In this document: positions 1 to 9,784 of the stretch, in pieces | How the letters are laid out: every line of letters starts with the position of its first letter | Position numbering within the stretch: the stretch's first letter is position 1 | Assembly (NCBI GenBank): GCA_964487375.1 | Contig: CAZAQA010000007.1 | Span: forward strand, 46,168-110,167 | DNA from: an uncultured Anaerolineae bacterium | GTDB lineage: Bacteria; Chloroflexota; Anaerolineae; JAADDB01 | Length of the DNA: 64,000 bases | Direction: 5' to 3' | Notes under the pieces: model-generated | Database searches by the model: none | What the model saw: the letters and a program-made list of their open reading frames with translations, nothing else | What the model was told of the DNA's origin: nothing | Made by a program: the position numbers and the translations under genes

Positions 1-511
1 CCGACCTTTCCTGGGGGAAGTGGGATTCCTTCTCATTGGACTGGGCGCTTTGCTTTCGACTTCATCGGCCATCAATGCTACCTTGTTCGGTACGGCTCGC
101 CTGGCCAAAGTTATGGCTGAGGGAGATAAACTCCCTAAGGCCTTCTCTTATACCGCGCGTACGCGTCCGGTTCCGTGGGTTAGTTTGGTGGCTATCAGTT
201 TGTTGACTGTCGGTTTTGTCAATCTGGCTGATTTGACGATTATTTCCTCTTTTGCCAGCTCCACATTCCTGCTGATCTTCGCGGCTGTCAATGCAGCCGC
301 TTATCGCTTGCGGAAAAAGATTGGATTGCAGGCCTGGACTCCCGCTCTAGGATTATTGTTGACCCTGGCTTCCTGGGGGGTGCTCTTGAGTTACCTGGCT
401 CAGCACGATATGCATGGTCTGGCCTGGCTGGCGATCTTCTACGCCAGTATCACGGCCGTCGAACTGCTCTTCAGCAGACGGGCTATTGCCGTAGTAACAA
501 GCGAGCCCTAA
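1..511 (+). CDS. Amino acid permease (APC family), C-terminal fragment; the 5' end lies outside the window
   Basis: Open frame from the window edge. Hydrophobic TM segments with APC-like motifs (LLSTSSAINATLFGTARL...). Stop at 509-511. Confidence 0.55.
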   Translation, partial: RPFLGEVGFLLIGLGALLSTSSAINATLFGTARLAKVMAEGDKLPKAFSYTARTRPVPWVSLVAISLLTVGFVNLADLTIISSFASSTFLLIFAAVNAAAYRLRKKIGLQAWTPALGLLLTLASWGVLLSYLAQHDMHGLAWLAIFYASITAVELLFSRRAIAVVTSEP

Positions 512-538
512 AGACTCACTCAACGAGGGACAATTTCC

Positions 539-2683
539 ATGACCCGTACGTTTCATGAGTATCTGGAAGAATTGTCAGAACGTGGCGACATTCGAGTGGG
601 CGTGCCCTTACCCCTGGGAGCTCACCAACATGGTGACGGGGTCAACTTTGCCCTCTTCAGCCGTCACGCGACACGCGTTTATCTGGAATTTTACGAGCGG
701 GCAGAAGACATCTCCCCAACTCGCGTGATCGAACTCGACCCCCGGTGTCATCGAAGTGGCGATGTGTGGCATGTGTGGGTACGCGGCGTTCGGCCCGGGC
801 AATTTTATGCCTATCGAGTTGATGGCCCTTACGAACCTGCTGCCGGGCACCGCTTCAATGTACACAAACTTTTGCTGGACCCTTACGCGACGGCTGTCAC
901 CCACACACGACCGTGGAATTTTGGTCACGCGCTGGGCTATGATCCCACTTCCCCGGCCGGGGACTTGAGTTTCTCTCACGAGGACGATGCCGGTGTGATG
1001 CCCAAATGTGTCTTCACCCACCAGTTCTTCGATTGGGAAGAGGACCGTCCCTTGCGTCTTTCCGGGTCGGAGATGATCATCTACGAAACGCACGTCCGAG
1101 GGCTGACTATTCACGCCAGTTCTGGGGTCGACCACCCAGGCACGTACCGTGGACTCGTCGAGAAGTTGCCTTACTTGAAAGATCTGGGTATTACAGCCAT
1201 CGAACTGATGCCGATCCAGGAGTTCAACGAGTTCGAAATCAACCGGGCAAATCCCCTCACAGGTGAGCCACTCCGAAACTATTGGGGCTATAACCCCGTG
1301 GCGTTCATGGCCCCAAAGGCTCGCTATGCCAGCGCCGGCGGCCGGGGGCATCAGAAGTTAGAATTCATGGAAATGGTCAAAGCCTGCCATCGACAAGGGA
1401 TGGAGGTCATCCTTGATGTGGTGTTCAACCATACGGCCGAAGGCAATGAATGGGGCCCGACCCTATGCTGGCGCGGCATCGAAAACAGCATCTACTACAT
1501 CCTGGCCGAGGATAAGCGTTATTATAAGAATTTCACCGGTACCGGGAACACCTTCAACGCCAATCATCCGGTCGTGCGAGATTATATTCTGGACACGTTG
1601 CGCTATTGGGTAATGGAGATGCACGTGGATGGCTTCCGGTTTGACTTGGCGGCCGTGCTGGGCCGGGACGAGGCTGGTCAGCTCCTGCATAATGCCCCCT
1701 TGCTAGAGCGAATTGCCGAAGATCCCATCCTACGCGAGGTGAAAATCATTGCGGAAGCGTGGGACGCAGCAGGGGCCTATGAGGTGGGAAGCTTCGCTCA
1801 GAGTCGCTGGGCTGAGTGGAACGGACGGTATCGGGATGATGTGCGTCGTTTCTGGCGAGGAGATGAGGGGATGTTGGGACTTTTCGCCTATCGCATTTGT
1901 GGAAGTTCGGACCTCTACCAGCGTTCGGGCAAGGGGCCGGAGTGCAGCGTCAACTACATCACCTCGCATGATGGCTTTACACTCAACGACCTGGTGAGCT
2001 ATCGCTTCAAGCATAATGAGGCCAACGGGGAAGACAACCGTGATGGCACGGACGAGAATTTCAGTGACAATTACGGTGTTGAGGGCCCCACCAACGACCC
2101 CAACATCGAGTCTGTACGCAAGCGTCAGATAAAAAACTTTTTGCTCACATTGCTCATCTCTCGTGGTGTCCCTATGATTCTGGGAGGAGATGAATTCCGC
2201 CGTACGCAACGAGGGAATAACAACGCTTACTGTCAAGACAACGACGTCAGTTGGTACGACTGGACATACCTGGAAATGCATCATGAAATCTATCGTTTCA
2301 CTAAGGGCATGATCGCCTTGCGCAAAGCGCACCCTGTCTTACGCAAAGGGACCTTTTACACAGATGCGGACATCAGCTGGTTCAGTCCCAATGGTGATCC
2401 CCCCGACTGGTTCGACCCATCTAAGAAGCGGCTGGCCTGTCATATTTTCGGCGAAGAAGGGGAACCTGACCTGTATTTGATGTTCAATGCCCATACGGAT
2501 GGCGTGACCTTTCGTTTGCCTGCTCTCCCGAAAGGGAAAGTTTGGCACCTGGTTGCTGATACGGCACATACTCCACCAACCGACATCCATGCAAGCCGCG
2601 AAGGCCCTCGGTTGGCCGACCAGCAGCACTATCGATTGGAGGGGCGGAGTAGTGTGATATTGGAAGCTATCGAACAGGAGTAG
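539..2683 (+). CDS. glgX: Glycogen debranching enzyme GlgX (GH13 isoamylase-type)
   Basis: 714 aa. GH13 catalytic motifs are present (GFRFDLAAVL, EAWDAAG, YITSHDGFTL, GGDEFRRTQRGNNNAY), and the N-terminus is typical of GlgX/TreX. Confidence 0.85.
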   Translation: MTRTFHEYLEELSERGDIRVGVPLPLGAHQHGDGVNFALFSRHATRVYLEFYERAEDISPTRVIELDPRCHRSGDVWHVWVRGVRPGQFYAYRVDGPYEPAAGHRFNVHKLLLDPYATAVTHTRPWNFGHALGYDPTSPAGDLSFSHEDDAGVMPKCVFTHQFFDWEEDRPLRLSGSEMIIYETHVRGLTIHASSGVDHPGTYRGLVEKLPYLKDLGITAIELMPIQEFNEFEINRANPLTGEPLRNYWGYNPVAFMAPKARYASAGGRGHQKLEFMEMVKACHRQGMEVILDVVFNHTAEGNEWGPTLCWRGIENSIYYILAEDKRYYKNFTGTGNTFNANHPVVRDYILDTLRYWVMEMHVDGFRFDLAAVLGRDEAGQLLHNAPLLERIAEDPILREVKIIAEAWDAAGAYEVGSFAQSRWAEWNGRYRDDVRRFWRGDEGMLGLFAYRICGSSDLYQRSGKGPECSVNYITSHDGFTLNDLVSYRFKHNEANGEDNRDGTDENFSDNYGVEGPTNDPNIESVRKRQIKNFLLTLLISRGVPMILGGDEFRRTQRGNNNAYCQDNDVSWYDWTYLEMHHEIYRFTKGMIALRKAHPVLRKGTFYTDADISWFSPNGDPPDWFDPSKKRLACHIFGEEGEPDLYLMFNAHTDGVTFRLPALPKGKVWHLVADTAHTPPTDIHASREGPRLADQQHYRLEGRSSVILEAIEQE

Positions 2684-2865
2684 TACTCGGTCAAGAGTCA
2701 CCTGATAGTAAAAGTGACCCCGCTAACGGGTCGGGGCTTGCCGAATTCATTCGCCTGTACGGCCACGGGTAGACGAAGGCAGTGCCTCCGCCTACCCGTT
2801 CTTGGGGGGCCTGGTTGGGAAAATTCATGGTTTATCCATCACTCCATGATTGACCAAGTGGTAGG
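2681..2865. repeat. MITE-like dispersed repeat, copy 1 of 3 (about 185 bp); sits between glgX and glgP
   Basis: Near-identical to 47743-47930 and 52790-52962. Begins TAGTACTCGGTCAAGAGTCACCTGA and ends ATGATTGACCAAGTGGTAGG. Contains a conserved internal hairpin GGGTAGACGAAGG...CCTTCGTCTACCC. Confidence 0.5.
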
Positions 2866-2874
2866 AGGAATGTC

Positions 2875-5001
2875 ATGCTTAAACAGGAAGCATTTCCGGA
2901 ATTGCCGGAACGCATCAAGGGGCTTCGCCGCCTCTCGTACAACTTATGGTGGTCGTGGAATGCACCTGCGCGTGCCTTGTTCCGCATGATCGATCCGAAC
3001 CGTTGGCGTGAAAGCGGATACAACCCTATATTGATGTTGAGCCGTATGCCCCAGGAAATGATCGAACATCTGGCACGGGACACGGAGTTCTTGGTCCACT
3101 ATGATGCTGTCATGGGTCAGTTTGAAGCGGCCATTGATGAGGGTACAGGATGGTTCACAGCTCGATACGGAAAGGCACCGGGACCTATCGCCTACTTGTG
3201 TGCTGAATATGGCCTGCACACCTCCTTACCGGTGTACGCGGGAGGTTTAGGAATTCTAGCCGGGGATTATCTCAAGGAGTGCAGCGACTTGGCCATTCCT
3301 GTCGTTGCTGTGGGGTTGATTTATTCTGACGGCTATGTGCGTCAGCGCATCCGAGAGGATGGATGGCAAGAAGACGTTGAAGAGACGCTAGATCGTACAT
3401 ATGATCCGATCGAACCCGTACTCGACGCGGGAGGGAGACAACAGATCGTCCGGGTTCCCCTTTTCGATCCTCCTGTGTATGTGGCTGTGTGGCGAGTCCA
3501 TGTGGGCCGGGTTCCTCTTTACCTGTTGGACACGGATATCGAAGAGAACCAACCCTGGAATCGGGCCATTGCCCAACGGCTCTACGCCAGCAACCCCGAA
3601 CAGCGGTTGCGTCAGGAGATCGTCTTGGGTATTGGAGGGATGAGGGTATTGGACGCTTTGGGCATTCAGGCTGCGGCCATTCATTTGAACGAGGGGCACC
3701 CCGCGTTAGCCGTATTGGAACGTATTCGCACAGAAGTCGCTCAAGGGAAGTCTTTCGAAGAAGCACAGCATCTGGTGAAAGCGACCACTATTTTCACGAC
3801 TCACACCCCTGTCCCGGCCGGGACGGATATTTTCCCTTTCCAACTTATGGAGAAGTACTTTTCGGCCTATTTGGATGAACTCGGCACAGAGCGTGACACG
3901 TTCTTACAATTAGGTGTCGACCCCAAGGAACCCAACGCGGGGTTCAACATGACGGTTTTTGCCCTGCGCATGTCCGCCTTCCGTAATGGCGTCAGCAAGC
4001 GTCATGGGGAAGTCGCACGCAAGATGTGGGCTCATCTCTGGCCGGACAAATCGCTCGAGCAGGTCCCTATTGACAGCATCACGAATGGCGTGCACCTGGC
4101 GACATGGATTGACCCGTCCCACTTGCAGCCTTTGCTGAATGCCCACATCGGTCCGGCCTGGCTGACAGACCAGGATCGTCCTGGTGTCTGGGAGCTTGTA
4201 CGGGACATCCCGGACGACCTTCTCTGGAACGCCCATCAAGAAAACAAAGTCGCCCTGCTGACACAAATCGCGGAACGAGCGCGTGAACGCTGGCAACGAG
4301 ACAAAGTACCCCCTGGCAGTATCATTGCTTTCGGCGCGCTGCTGGATCCCGACGTTCTAACCATTGGGTTTGCGCGACGCATGACAGGCTATAAGCGCCC
4401 CACGCTCTTGTTCCACAATCTGGAACGTCTGCGCAAACTTGTGACAAATCCGGTGCGTCCTGCCCAGATCATTTTTGCGGGCAAGGCTCATCCGGCAGAC
4501 ACAGAAGGGAAGCGTCTGATTCAAACTATCTTCCGTCTCGCTGAGGCCCCAGAATTTGCGGGACGTATCGCCTTTGTCGAGAATTACGATCAGCGTCTGG
4601 CGGAATATATGGTTCACGGTGTAGACGTTTGGCTGAACAATCCACTTCCACCTTTGGAGGCTAGCGGAACCAGCGGCATGAAGGCGTCCGTGAATGGAAC
4701 TCCGCACCTCTCCATTCTGGATGGTTGGTGGATAGAGGGGTACAATGGAGAGAATGGATGGGCTTTTGGAGATGAGGCGAGCTCAGAAGACCGGGACGCC
4801 AGTGATGCAGAGGCAATTTATCGACTTTTAGAGGATGACATCATTCCCAAATACTATGAGCGATCCGATGAAGGCATCCCTCTCGGTTTCGTCGCTATGA
4901 TGAAAAAGGCCATTCAGGGCGTGGCTCCATATTTTAGTACCCGGCGGATGGCCAGAGAATATGTGCAAAAATTCTATTTGGATGCACTTAAACTATCATA
5001 G
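2875..5001 (+). CDS. glgP: Alpha-glucan (glycogen/maltodextrin) phosphorylase, GT35 short form
   Basis: 708 aa. N-terminal DUF3417-like region (LSYNLWWSWN) followed by GT35 phosphorylase motifs (EASGTSGMKASVNG). RBS AGGAGGAA precedes the ATG. Confidence 0.85.
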   Translation: MLKQEAFPELPERIKGLRRLSYNLWWSWNAPARALFRMIDPNRWRESGYNPILMLSRMPQEMIEHLARDTEFLVHYDAVMGQFEAAIDEGTGWFTARYGKAPGPIAYLCAEYGLHTSLPVYAGGLGILAGDYLKECSDLAIPVVAVGLIYSDGYVRQRIREDGWQEDVEETLDRTYDPIEPVLDAGGRQQIVRVPLFDPPVYVAVWRVHVGRVPLYLLDTDIEENQPWNRAIAQRLYASNPEQRLRQEIVLGIGGMRVLDALGIQAAAIHLNEGHPALAVLERIRTEVAQGKSFEEAQHLVKATTIFTTHTPVPAGTDIFPFQLMEKYFSAYLDELGTERDTFLQLGVDPKEPNAGFNMTVFALRMSAFRNGVSKRHGEVARKMWAHLWPDKSLEQVPIDSITNGVHLATWIDPSHLQPLLNAHIGPAWLTDQDRPGVWELVRDIPDDLLWNAHQENKVALLTQIAERARERWQRDKVPPGSIIAFGALLDPDVLTIGFARRMTGYKRPTLLFHNLERLRKLVTNPVRPAQIIFAGKAHPADTEGKRLIQTIFRLAEAPEFAGRIAFVENYDQRLAEYMVHGVDVWLNNPLPPLEASGTSGMKASVNGTPHLSILDGWWIEGYNGENGWAFGDEASSEDRDASDAEAIYRLLEDDIIPKYYERSDEGIPLGFVAMMKKAIQGVAPYFSTRRMAREYVQKFYLDALKLS

Positions 5002-5013
5002 GGGGTTTACGCA

Positions 5014-6720
5014 ATGCGACGCCAACATCGTCTGATTCTCGATTCTATCTTGCTAGGCGTGGTTGGAGCGTTGGCAGCACAGGTTTTCATGTTCTTCCTT
5101 CATTGGTCTCAACAGATTTTCCTCGTTGGGCTTGCGGGGTATCATCCTCCTGGACTCCCCGCGGAGGGGGGAGTTCTGAGACAAGTCATTGGGGCACACG
5201 GCTTGCTCCTTATCCCTGTGGCAACGACACTGGGCGGGCTCATTTCAGGACTCCTGGTATATACGTTTGCGCCCGAAGCCGAAGGACATGGGACGGACAC
5301 GGCAGTTAAGGCATTCCATCAGACTGGTGGGTTTATTCGGCATCGGGTCGCGCCGTTGAAGACCATCGCCTCTGCTGTGACCATTGGTTCCGGTGGAGCA
5401 GCGGGCCGTGAAGGCCCGACGGCCCTTATTGCCGCAGGTGTGGGGTCCAGCTATGCAACCTTGCTCAAGCGTTCGGAGAGGGATAGGCGCTTATTGGTGC
5501 TCATCGGCATGGCTTCAGGACTATCGGCGATCTTTCGATCGCCCATTGGAACGGCCTTCTTTGCCATTGAAGTCCTTTACGGGGATATGGAATTTGAGGC
5601 GGCAGCGTTGCTCTACACGTTGTTGGGCTCGATTGTGGCTTATACCATCAATGGACTATTTGTGGGCTGGAAACCCCTTTTCTTGGTGCCTTTTCTACCC
5701 ATTCCGCGCTTTGAAGATTATCTTTGGTATGCTGTGTTGGGCATTATCGCCGGGCTTATAGCGACGATTTTGCCCACAGCTTTCTACGGCACCCGCGACC
5801 TCTTCCACAAGATCCCGATCCCACCACATGTTAAACCGGCTCTGGGCGGTCTGGGTGTAGGCCTGCTGGCTATCGGGCTGCCCCAGATCTTGGGGGGGGG
5901 CTACGGCTGGATTCAGGAGGCCATGGACGGCCGTCTGACACTGGAACTGGTCGGTGTTCTCATCTTTGCCAAGATGATAGCCTTTGCTCTGACCGTCTCG
6001 TCCGGAGGGTCGGGAGGCGTCTTCGCACCCAGCCTTTTCGTGGGAGCGATGGTGGGGGGGACAGTCGCCCAGTTTTTCCACCTGCCATCGGCTCCCTACG
6101 TGATTGCAGGAATGGCCGCTGTTTTTGGAGGGGCTGCTCGCGTTCCCATCGCTACCCTTTTTATGGTCACTGAGATGACGGGGGGGTATCATCTGTTCGC
6201 TGCTGCCGCTTTGGCCGTGACCTTAAGTTACTTCGTTCAGGTATTGCTTTCCTCACCGCTCAAGTATAAGAGCCTGTATGAGGCTCAAGTGTCCACCCGG
6301 GCGGATTCTCCCGCTCACTTTGAAGACCATGTGGAGATGGCCTTGCGTATTCTCAGACAACATAAAATCGCCATGCCGGACGGTGCCACGCGCATGGACC
6401 TGCGGGCCGTGCTTGCTTCCGGCGTTCCCTTGGACTTGCCGGACGGCAAGCGAGTGGTTATGGGGCGTGTGGACAAACGAAGCCCATACGTGCATCAGCC
6501 TGTTGAGAAGCTTCTGGCGGATATTCCTCCCCAGGAAGGCGAGGTAGTTGTGGTTTTCCGCAACGGTCATACCCTATTCCCGTCGAAAGGCATGCGTTTG
6601 GAGGTTGACGATTTGGTGCTCCTCATTCTGCCGCAGGAAACCTGGGCTCGTGTGGCCACCTACTTTACTCCGCTGACGCCGCCCTCGCCGGATGGCACCG
6701 CTCCCAGGAGAACGCCCTGA
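5014..6720 (+). CDS. ClC-family voltage-gated chloride channel with C-terminal TrkA-C-like domain
   Basis: 568 aa. ClC selectivity motifs are present (GSGGAAGREGPT, GGSGGVFAPSLFVG), and there is a C-terminal soluble domain. Confidence 0.8.
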   Translation: MRRQHRLILDSILLGVVGALAAQVFMFFLHWSQQIFLVGLAGYHPPGLPAEGGVLRQVIGAHGLLLIPVATTLGGLISGLLVYTFAPEAEGHGTDTAVKAFHQTGGFIRHRVAPLKTIASAVTIGSGGAAGREGPTALIAAGVGSSYATLLKRSERDRRLLVLIGMASGLSAIFRSPIGTAFFAIEVLYGDMEFEAAALLYTLLGSIVAYTINGLFVGWKPLFLVPFLPIPRFEDYLWYAVLGIIAGLIATILPTAFYGTRDLFHKIPIPPHVKPALGGLGVGLLAIGLPQILGGGYGWIQEAMDGRLTLELVGVLIFAKMIAFALTVSSGGSGGVFAPSLFVGAMVGGTVAQFFHLPSAPYVIAGMAAVFGGAARVPIATLFMVTEMTGGYHLFAAAALAVTLSYFVQVLLSSPLKYKSLYEAQVSTRADSPAHFEDHVEMALRILRQHKIAMPDGATRMDLRAVLASGVPLDLPDGKRVVMGRVDKRSPYVHQPVEKLLADIPPQEGEVVVVFRNGHTLFPSKGMRLEVDDLVLLILPQETWARVATYFTPLTPPSPDGTAPRRTP

Positions 6721-6741
6721 GCGGACAGGCGATCTTGCAAA

Positions 6742-6775
6742 GGCGGGTAGGACGCCCTACCCGCCTCATTTGATT
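6742..6775. terminator. Putative bidirectional intrinsic terminator between the convergent ClC and DUF362 genes
   Basis: 10-bp GC stem GGCGGGTAGG / CCTACCCGCC with a 4-nt loop, followed by T-rich TCATTTGATTCTATT. Confidence 0.45.
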
Positions 6776-7936
6776 CTATTCTCGCCCCTCATGACGATGT
6801 AGGAGCCCTTTTATCCTTTTGGGCGTGTCTACTTCGGACGCGGTCAGGATCTCTCGTATCCGGGCCGTAACCCGTGCATCTTGCCACCGCAACTGGTTGG
6901 CGATAAGACGATGGGGACGAAAGGTACGCCGGATCTCATCCGGATCGACATTACCCTGGATGTGCATCCGTTGTATATCCCCCTGACCTAACCCGGCCAT
7001 ATGAGCGTAGTACAGATACCCTACCTTTTCCAGCGGGTAGCCCATGGCATCAGCCGTAAACGCATCCGCGGCCAGCGCATCCCGGCTGGCCACAGCAATA
7101 TGCCAGGGGACAGGCGATCCGCTTGTGGGGCCGTCTCCTTCCATGCCCTCCCACCCATCTATGATGCTAATGTGTGGACGAAGGCCTTGATAAGCCATAA
7201 TGAAGAGATTGAGATGAAGCACGGGATAGCTTTGGTGCATGCGGAATTTGTCGCTACGGGGTTCGCGCGCCATGAAGGCAAAGCGGGGCCATTCGAACAA
7301 GGGGAGCGCTTGCAGGCGAGCGGGTAAACGGTCATAACTTTGGCGTGCCCACTTGAGCGCGCGTACGAAGGGGGAACGGAGCGGCCGCCCGTTGCGGAGA
7401 GCGTGCAAAGGAGGTGGGGTTAGAGCAAAGCGGCTGATCAACGTTCCCATGATGACGTTTTTCAGCGAAAGTGTGACGATAACGAAATCGTGGGTCTTTG
7501 GGGGGCCGACGGAAATGACCAGGCTTGCATCCAGGACAGGCCGCGCAACTTGTAAAGTCATGGGACGCAGATCATGACGGTAGGCACGCATGGATACGGG
7601 CTCGGCCCGGTTCAGATCCAGGAGTGAGACATTTTTATAATGAGCAACTAAATCCACGTAGCCCATGCGGTGATAGGCCAGCCAGGTGTTCTGGGTGGCT
7701 GTCCCTTCCCCGATCACAATCGGGGCCCGAGTGTATGATCGGACTACATCGAGCACTGCTCGGAGAGCGTCCGGATGTGTATCGGCCAGAGGGTGAGTGG
7801 TGGACACCAGGTTGGGCTTGATGAACACCTGGTGATGTTGCGCCCAATCCACCCTTGTAGCGATACTCTCCGCGGCGCGGCGAACGGTCGTATACCGATC
7901 GCTCATGCGATAGAGGAACACGGCAGGTTTTGTCAT
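6776..7936 (-). CDS. DUF362 domain protein
   Basis: The ORF was trimmed to the ATG at 7936 (MTKPAVF...), because the upstream part of the six-frame ORF overlaps rodA. DUF362-like motifs are present (VFIKPNL, IGEGTA, SVGPPKTHDFVIVTLSLKNVIMG). Confidence 0.6.
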   Translation of the reverse strand: MTKPAVFLYRMSDRYTTVRRAAESIATRVDWAQHHQVFIKPNLVSTTHPLADTHPDALRAVLDVVRSYTRAPIVIGEGTATQNTWLAYHRMGYVDLVAHYKNVSLLDLNRAEPVSMRAYRHDLRPMTLQVARPVLDASLVISVGPPKTHDFVIVTLSLKNVIMGTLISRFALTPPPLHALRNGRPLRSPFVRALKWARQSYDRLPARLQALPLFEWPRFAFMAREPRSDKFRMHQSYPVLHLNLFIMAYQGLRPHISIIDGWEGMEGDGPTSGSPVPWHIAVASRDALAADAFTADAMGYPLEKVGYLYYAHMAGLGQGDIQRMHIQGNVDPDEIRRTFRPHRLIANQLRWQDARVTARIREILTASEVDTPKRIKGLLHRHEGRE

Positions 7937-7941
7937 CAAAA

Positions 7942-9033
7942 CTATGACTCCAACGGCGTCCGATAGGCATGAACGGATTGGGCCAGGCCAATAAGGACCA
8001 GGGTGGTGACCAGGTGACTTCCCCCATAGCTGATGAAGGGGAGCGGGATGCCGGTCACAGGAAGCAATCCCACATTCATACCGATGTTGACGAAGACCTG
8101 AAAGAAGAGCATCATAGCCACACCTGCTGCCAATAGGCGCCCGAACAAATCGCGGGCTCCCAGGCTGATACGTATCAGCCTGTAAATGACGAAAAGGAAG
8201 AGCAGAATAACGAGTACCCCTCCCAGAAAACCCAACTCTTCCGCGATGACTGGGAAGATAAAATCCGTGTGGCGTACTCGCAAGAAGTGAAGTTGGCTCT
8301 GCGTGCCTAGCTTGTACCCTTTCCCGACCAACCCTCCCGAACCGACGGCGATAAGTGCCTGGCGCACGTTGTAAACTGCTTGTGGATCGGTGCTGGGATT
8401 CAGAAAGATGAGGACACGTTGACGCATATACTCGTCCAGGGATGCCCAAATCACAGGGAACGAGATCAAGCCTATTGCAGTAAGACCAACTATGTAACGC
8501 CAGGGCAGACCGGCGAGAAAAATGAGGCCAGCAGCGAGAAAGAGGATGCTGATCGTTGTTCCCAAGTCGGGTTGGATGTAAATCAGGGCCAGGGGGGGGA
8601 TGAGGAGAATAACGTACTGAGCCAGCGTGCCCAAGCGGTTCATCAGAAGTCGATGTTCTGCCAGGTATTGACTGAGGACGACCAACAACAAGCCTTTCGT
8701 CAATTCGGAAGGTTGGACTTCAACAGAGCCAAGCGTTAGCCAACGTTGAGCACCTCCTCGAGTCTTGCCTCCGGCATCTACCAGCATTAGAAGGGCAAGT
8801 CCCAGGACATACGAAGGCCATTGGAGGGGGCTGAGAAGACGATAATCAAAACTGGCAACGGCAAACAAAAGAATAACGCCCATCGCCGCAAAGATCAAGT
8901 GGCGACGAGCGTATCCTTCCAGGCCAGGTGAGTTGACAGTAGCACTGTCGATCATGGCCGCTCCCAGAAAAATCAGCGCTCCCACCGCAAGCAAGAGCGG
9001 CCAATCGAGACGCTTCCAGGCTTTCAAACTCAT
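7942..9033 (-). CDS. rodA: FtsW/RodA/SpoVE family peptidoglycan glycosyltransferase (probable RodA)
   Basis: 363 aa polytopic membrane protein with SEDS-family motifs. Immediately downstream of minE. Confidence 0.75.
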   Translation of the reverse strand: MSLKAWKRLDWPLLLAVGALIFLGAAMIDSATVNSPGLEGYARRHLIFAAMGVILLFAVASFDYRLLSPLQWPSYVLGLALLMLVDAGGKTRGGAQRWLTLGSVEVQPSELTKGLLLVVLSQYLAEHRLLMNRLGTLAQYVILLIPPLALIYIQPDLGTTISILFLAAGLIFLAGLPWRYIVGLTAIGLISFPVIWASLDEYMRQRVLIFLNPSTDPQAVYNVRQALIAVGSGGLVGKGYKLGTQSQLHFLRVRHTDFIFPVIAEELGFLGGVLVILLFLFVIYRLIRISLGARDLFGRLLAAGVAMMLFFQVFVNIGMNVGLLPVTGIPLPFISYGGSHLVTTLVLIGLAQSVHAYRTPLES

Positions 9034-9064
9034 TTAATGGCTGACGACTCCCGGCATTCAGGCT

Positions 9065-9316
9065 TCATGCTCCCCGTCGCAAGGGAATATGAGCATCTAG
9101 GCGAACATCACGTCCCACTCGCGACAATTCGATCTCGACATTTTCAGGATCGATGTCGAGATACTGAGAGACAGTACGAATGACGTCTTGCCGCATGCGC
9201 CGTAATTTCCCGGGTGAAACGCGAGCTCTATCCTGGGCTAGCACCTGCTGCAAGCGTCCTTTAGCCACGTGGCTGCTGCCACGCTCACGGTTGAGAAGAC
9301 GGTTGACTAGGCTCAT
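9065..9316 (-). CDS. minE: Cell division topological specificity factor MinE
   Basis: 83 aa. N-terminal MSLVNRLLNRERGSSHVAKGRLQQVLAQDR is typical of MinE. RBS GGAGGA lies upstream. Confidence 0.8.
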   Translation of the reverse strand: MSLVNRLLNRERGSSHVAKGRLQQVLAQDRARVSPGKLRRMRQDVIRTVSQYLDIDPENVEIELSRVGRDVRLDAHIPLRRGA

Positions 9317-9365
9317 GGTGTTCCTCCAGCAGTCGATGTTGACAATGATGTTGGCGTTGCTGGCC

Positions 9366-9400
9366 TGTTACTTTATTATACCATGCTATGTCAACAACGC
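9366..9400 (-). promoter_or_regulatory. Candidate promoter for minE, with an extended -10 element
   Basis: On the minus strand: TTGACA, then TGGTATAAT (extended -10), about 50 nt upstream of the minE ATG. The -35/-10 spacing is suboptimal. Confidence 0.3.
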
Positions 9401-9784
9401 CAAACTGCCGGAATGCTCCAAAAGAACTCGTCCACACGAAAGCACCCTACAACGCACTTGCAGGTTCAGAAATGAACCTGATGATCCCTGCAGTTGAAAG
9501 GCTGTAGACCTCGCTTGTCAGAGGCTCCTGTGGGGGCCGGTGAACGCACCGGCCGTACCATGCGATGTCGTTGTGCGAGGTACGGGTGCTTTCTGCTCGA
9601 GAACGGTGCCTTATTTTCCAAAATTGTGTATAATACGCGCGAGTGAGGAATGCTTCCCGGTTCCGTAAGTAGACGGACAAGGAGATCGTGAATCTGGGTA
9701 GCAAGCGATCTCGCTTGAAAAACAGCACATATGAGGATCTTGCAGACCAAATTCATAATCAAATTTCCGATTAGGAGGAGGCCC

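Noticed and set aside
608-1351. 247-aa ORF antisense to glgX, and similar antisense or out-of-frame ORFs inside the large genes (e.g. 1730-2332, 16706-17521, 32033-32929, 43392-44309, 53349-54047, 53774-54634, 55393-56316, 62042-62650)
   Set aside because: They sit entirely inside well-supported genes on the other strand or frame, have biased Arg/Gly/Pro composition typical of high-GC shadow ORFs, and show no family resemblance.
6776-8449. Full 557-aa six-frame ORF on the minus strand
   Set aside because: Its N-terminal 171 codons overlap the rodA gene and translate to low-complexity sequence. The real DUF362 gene starts at the internal ATG (7936).
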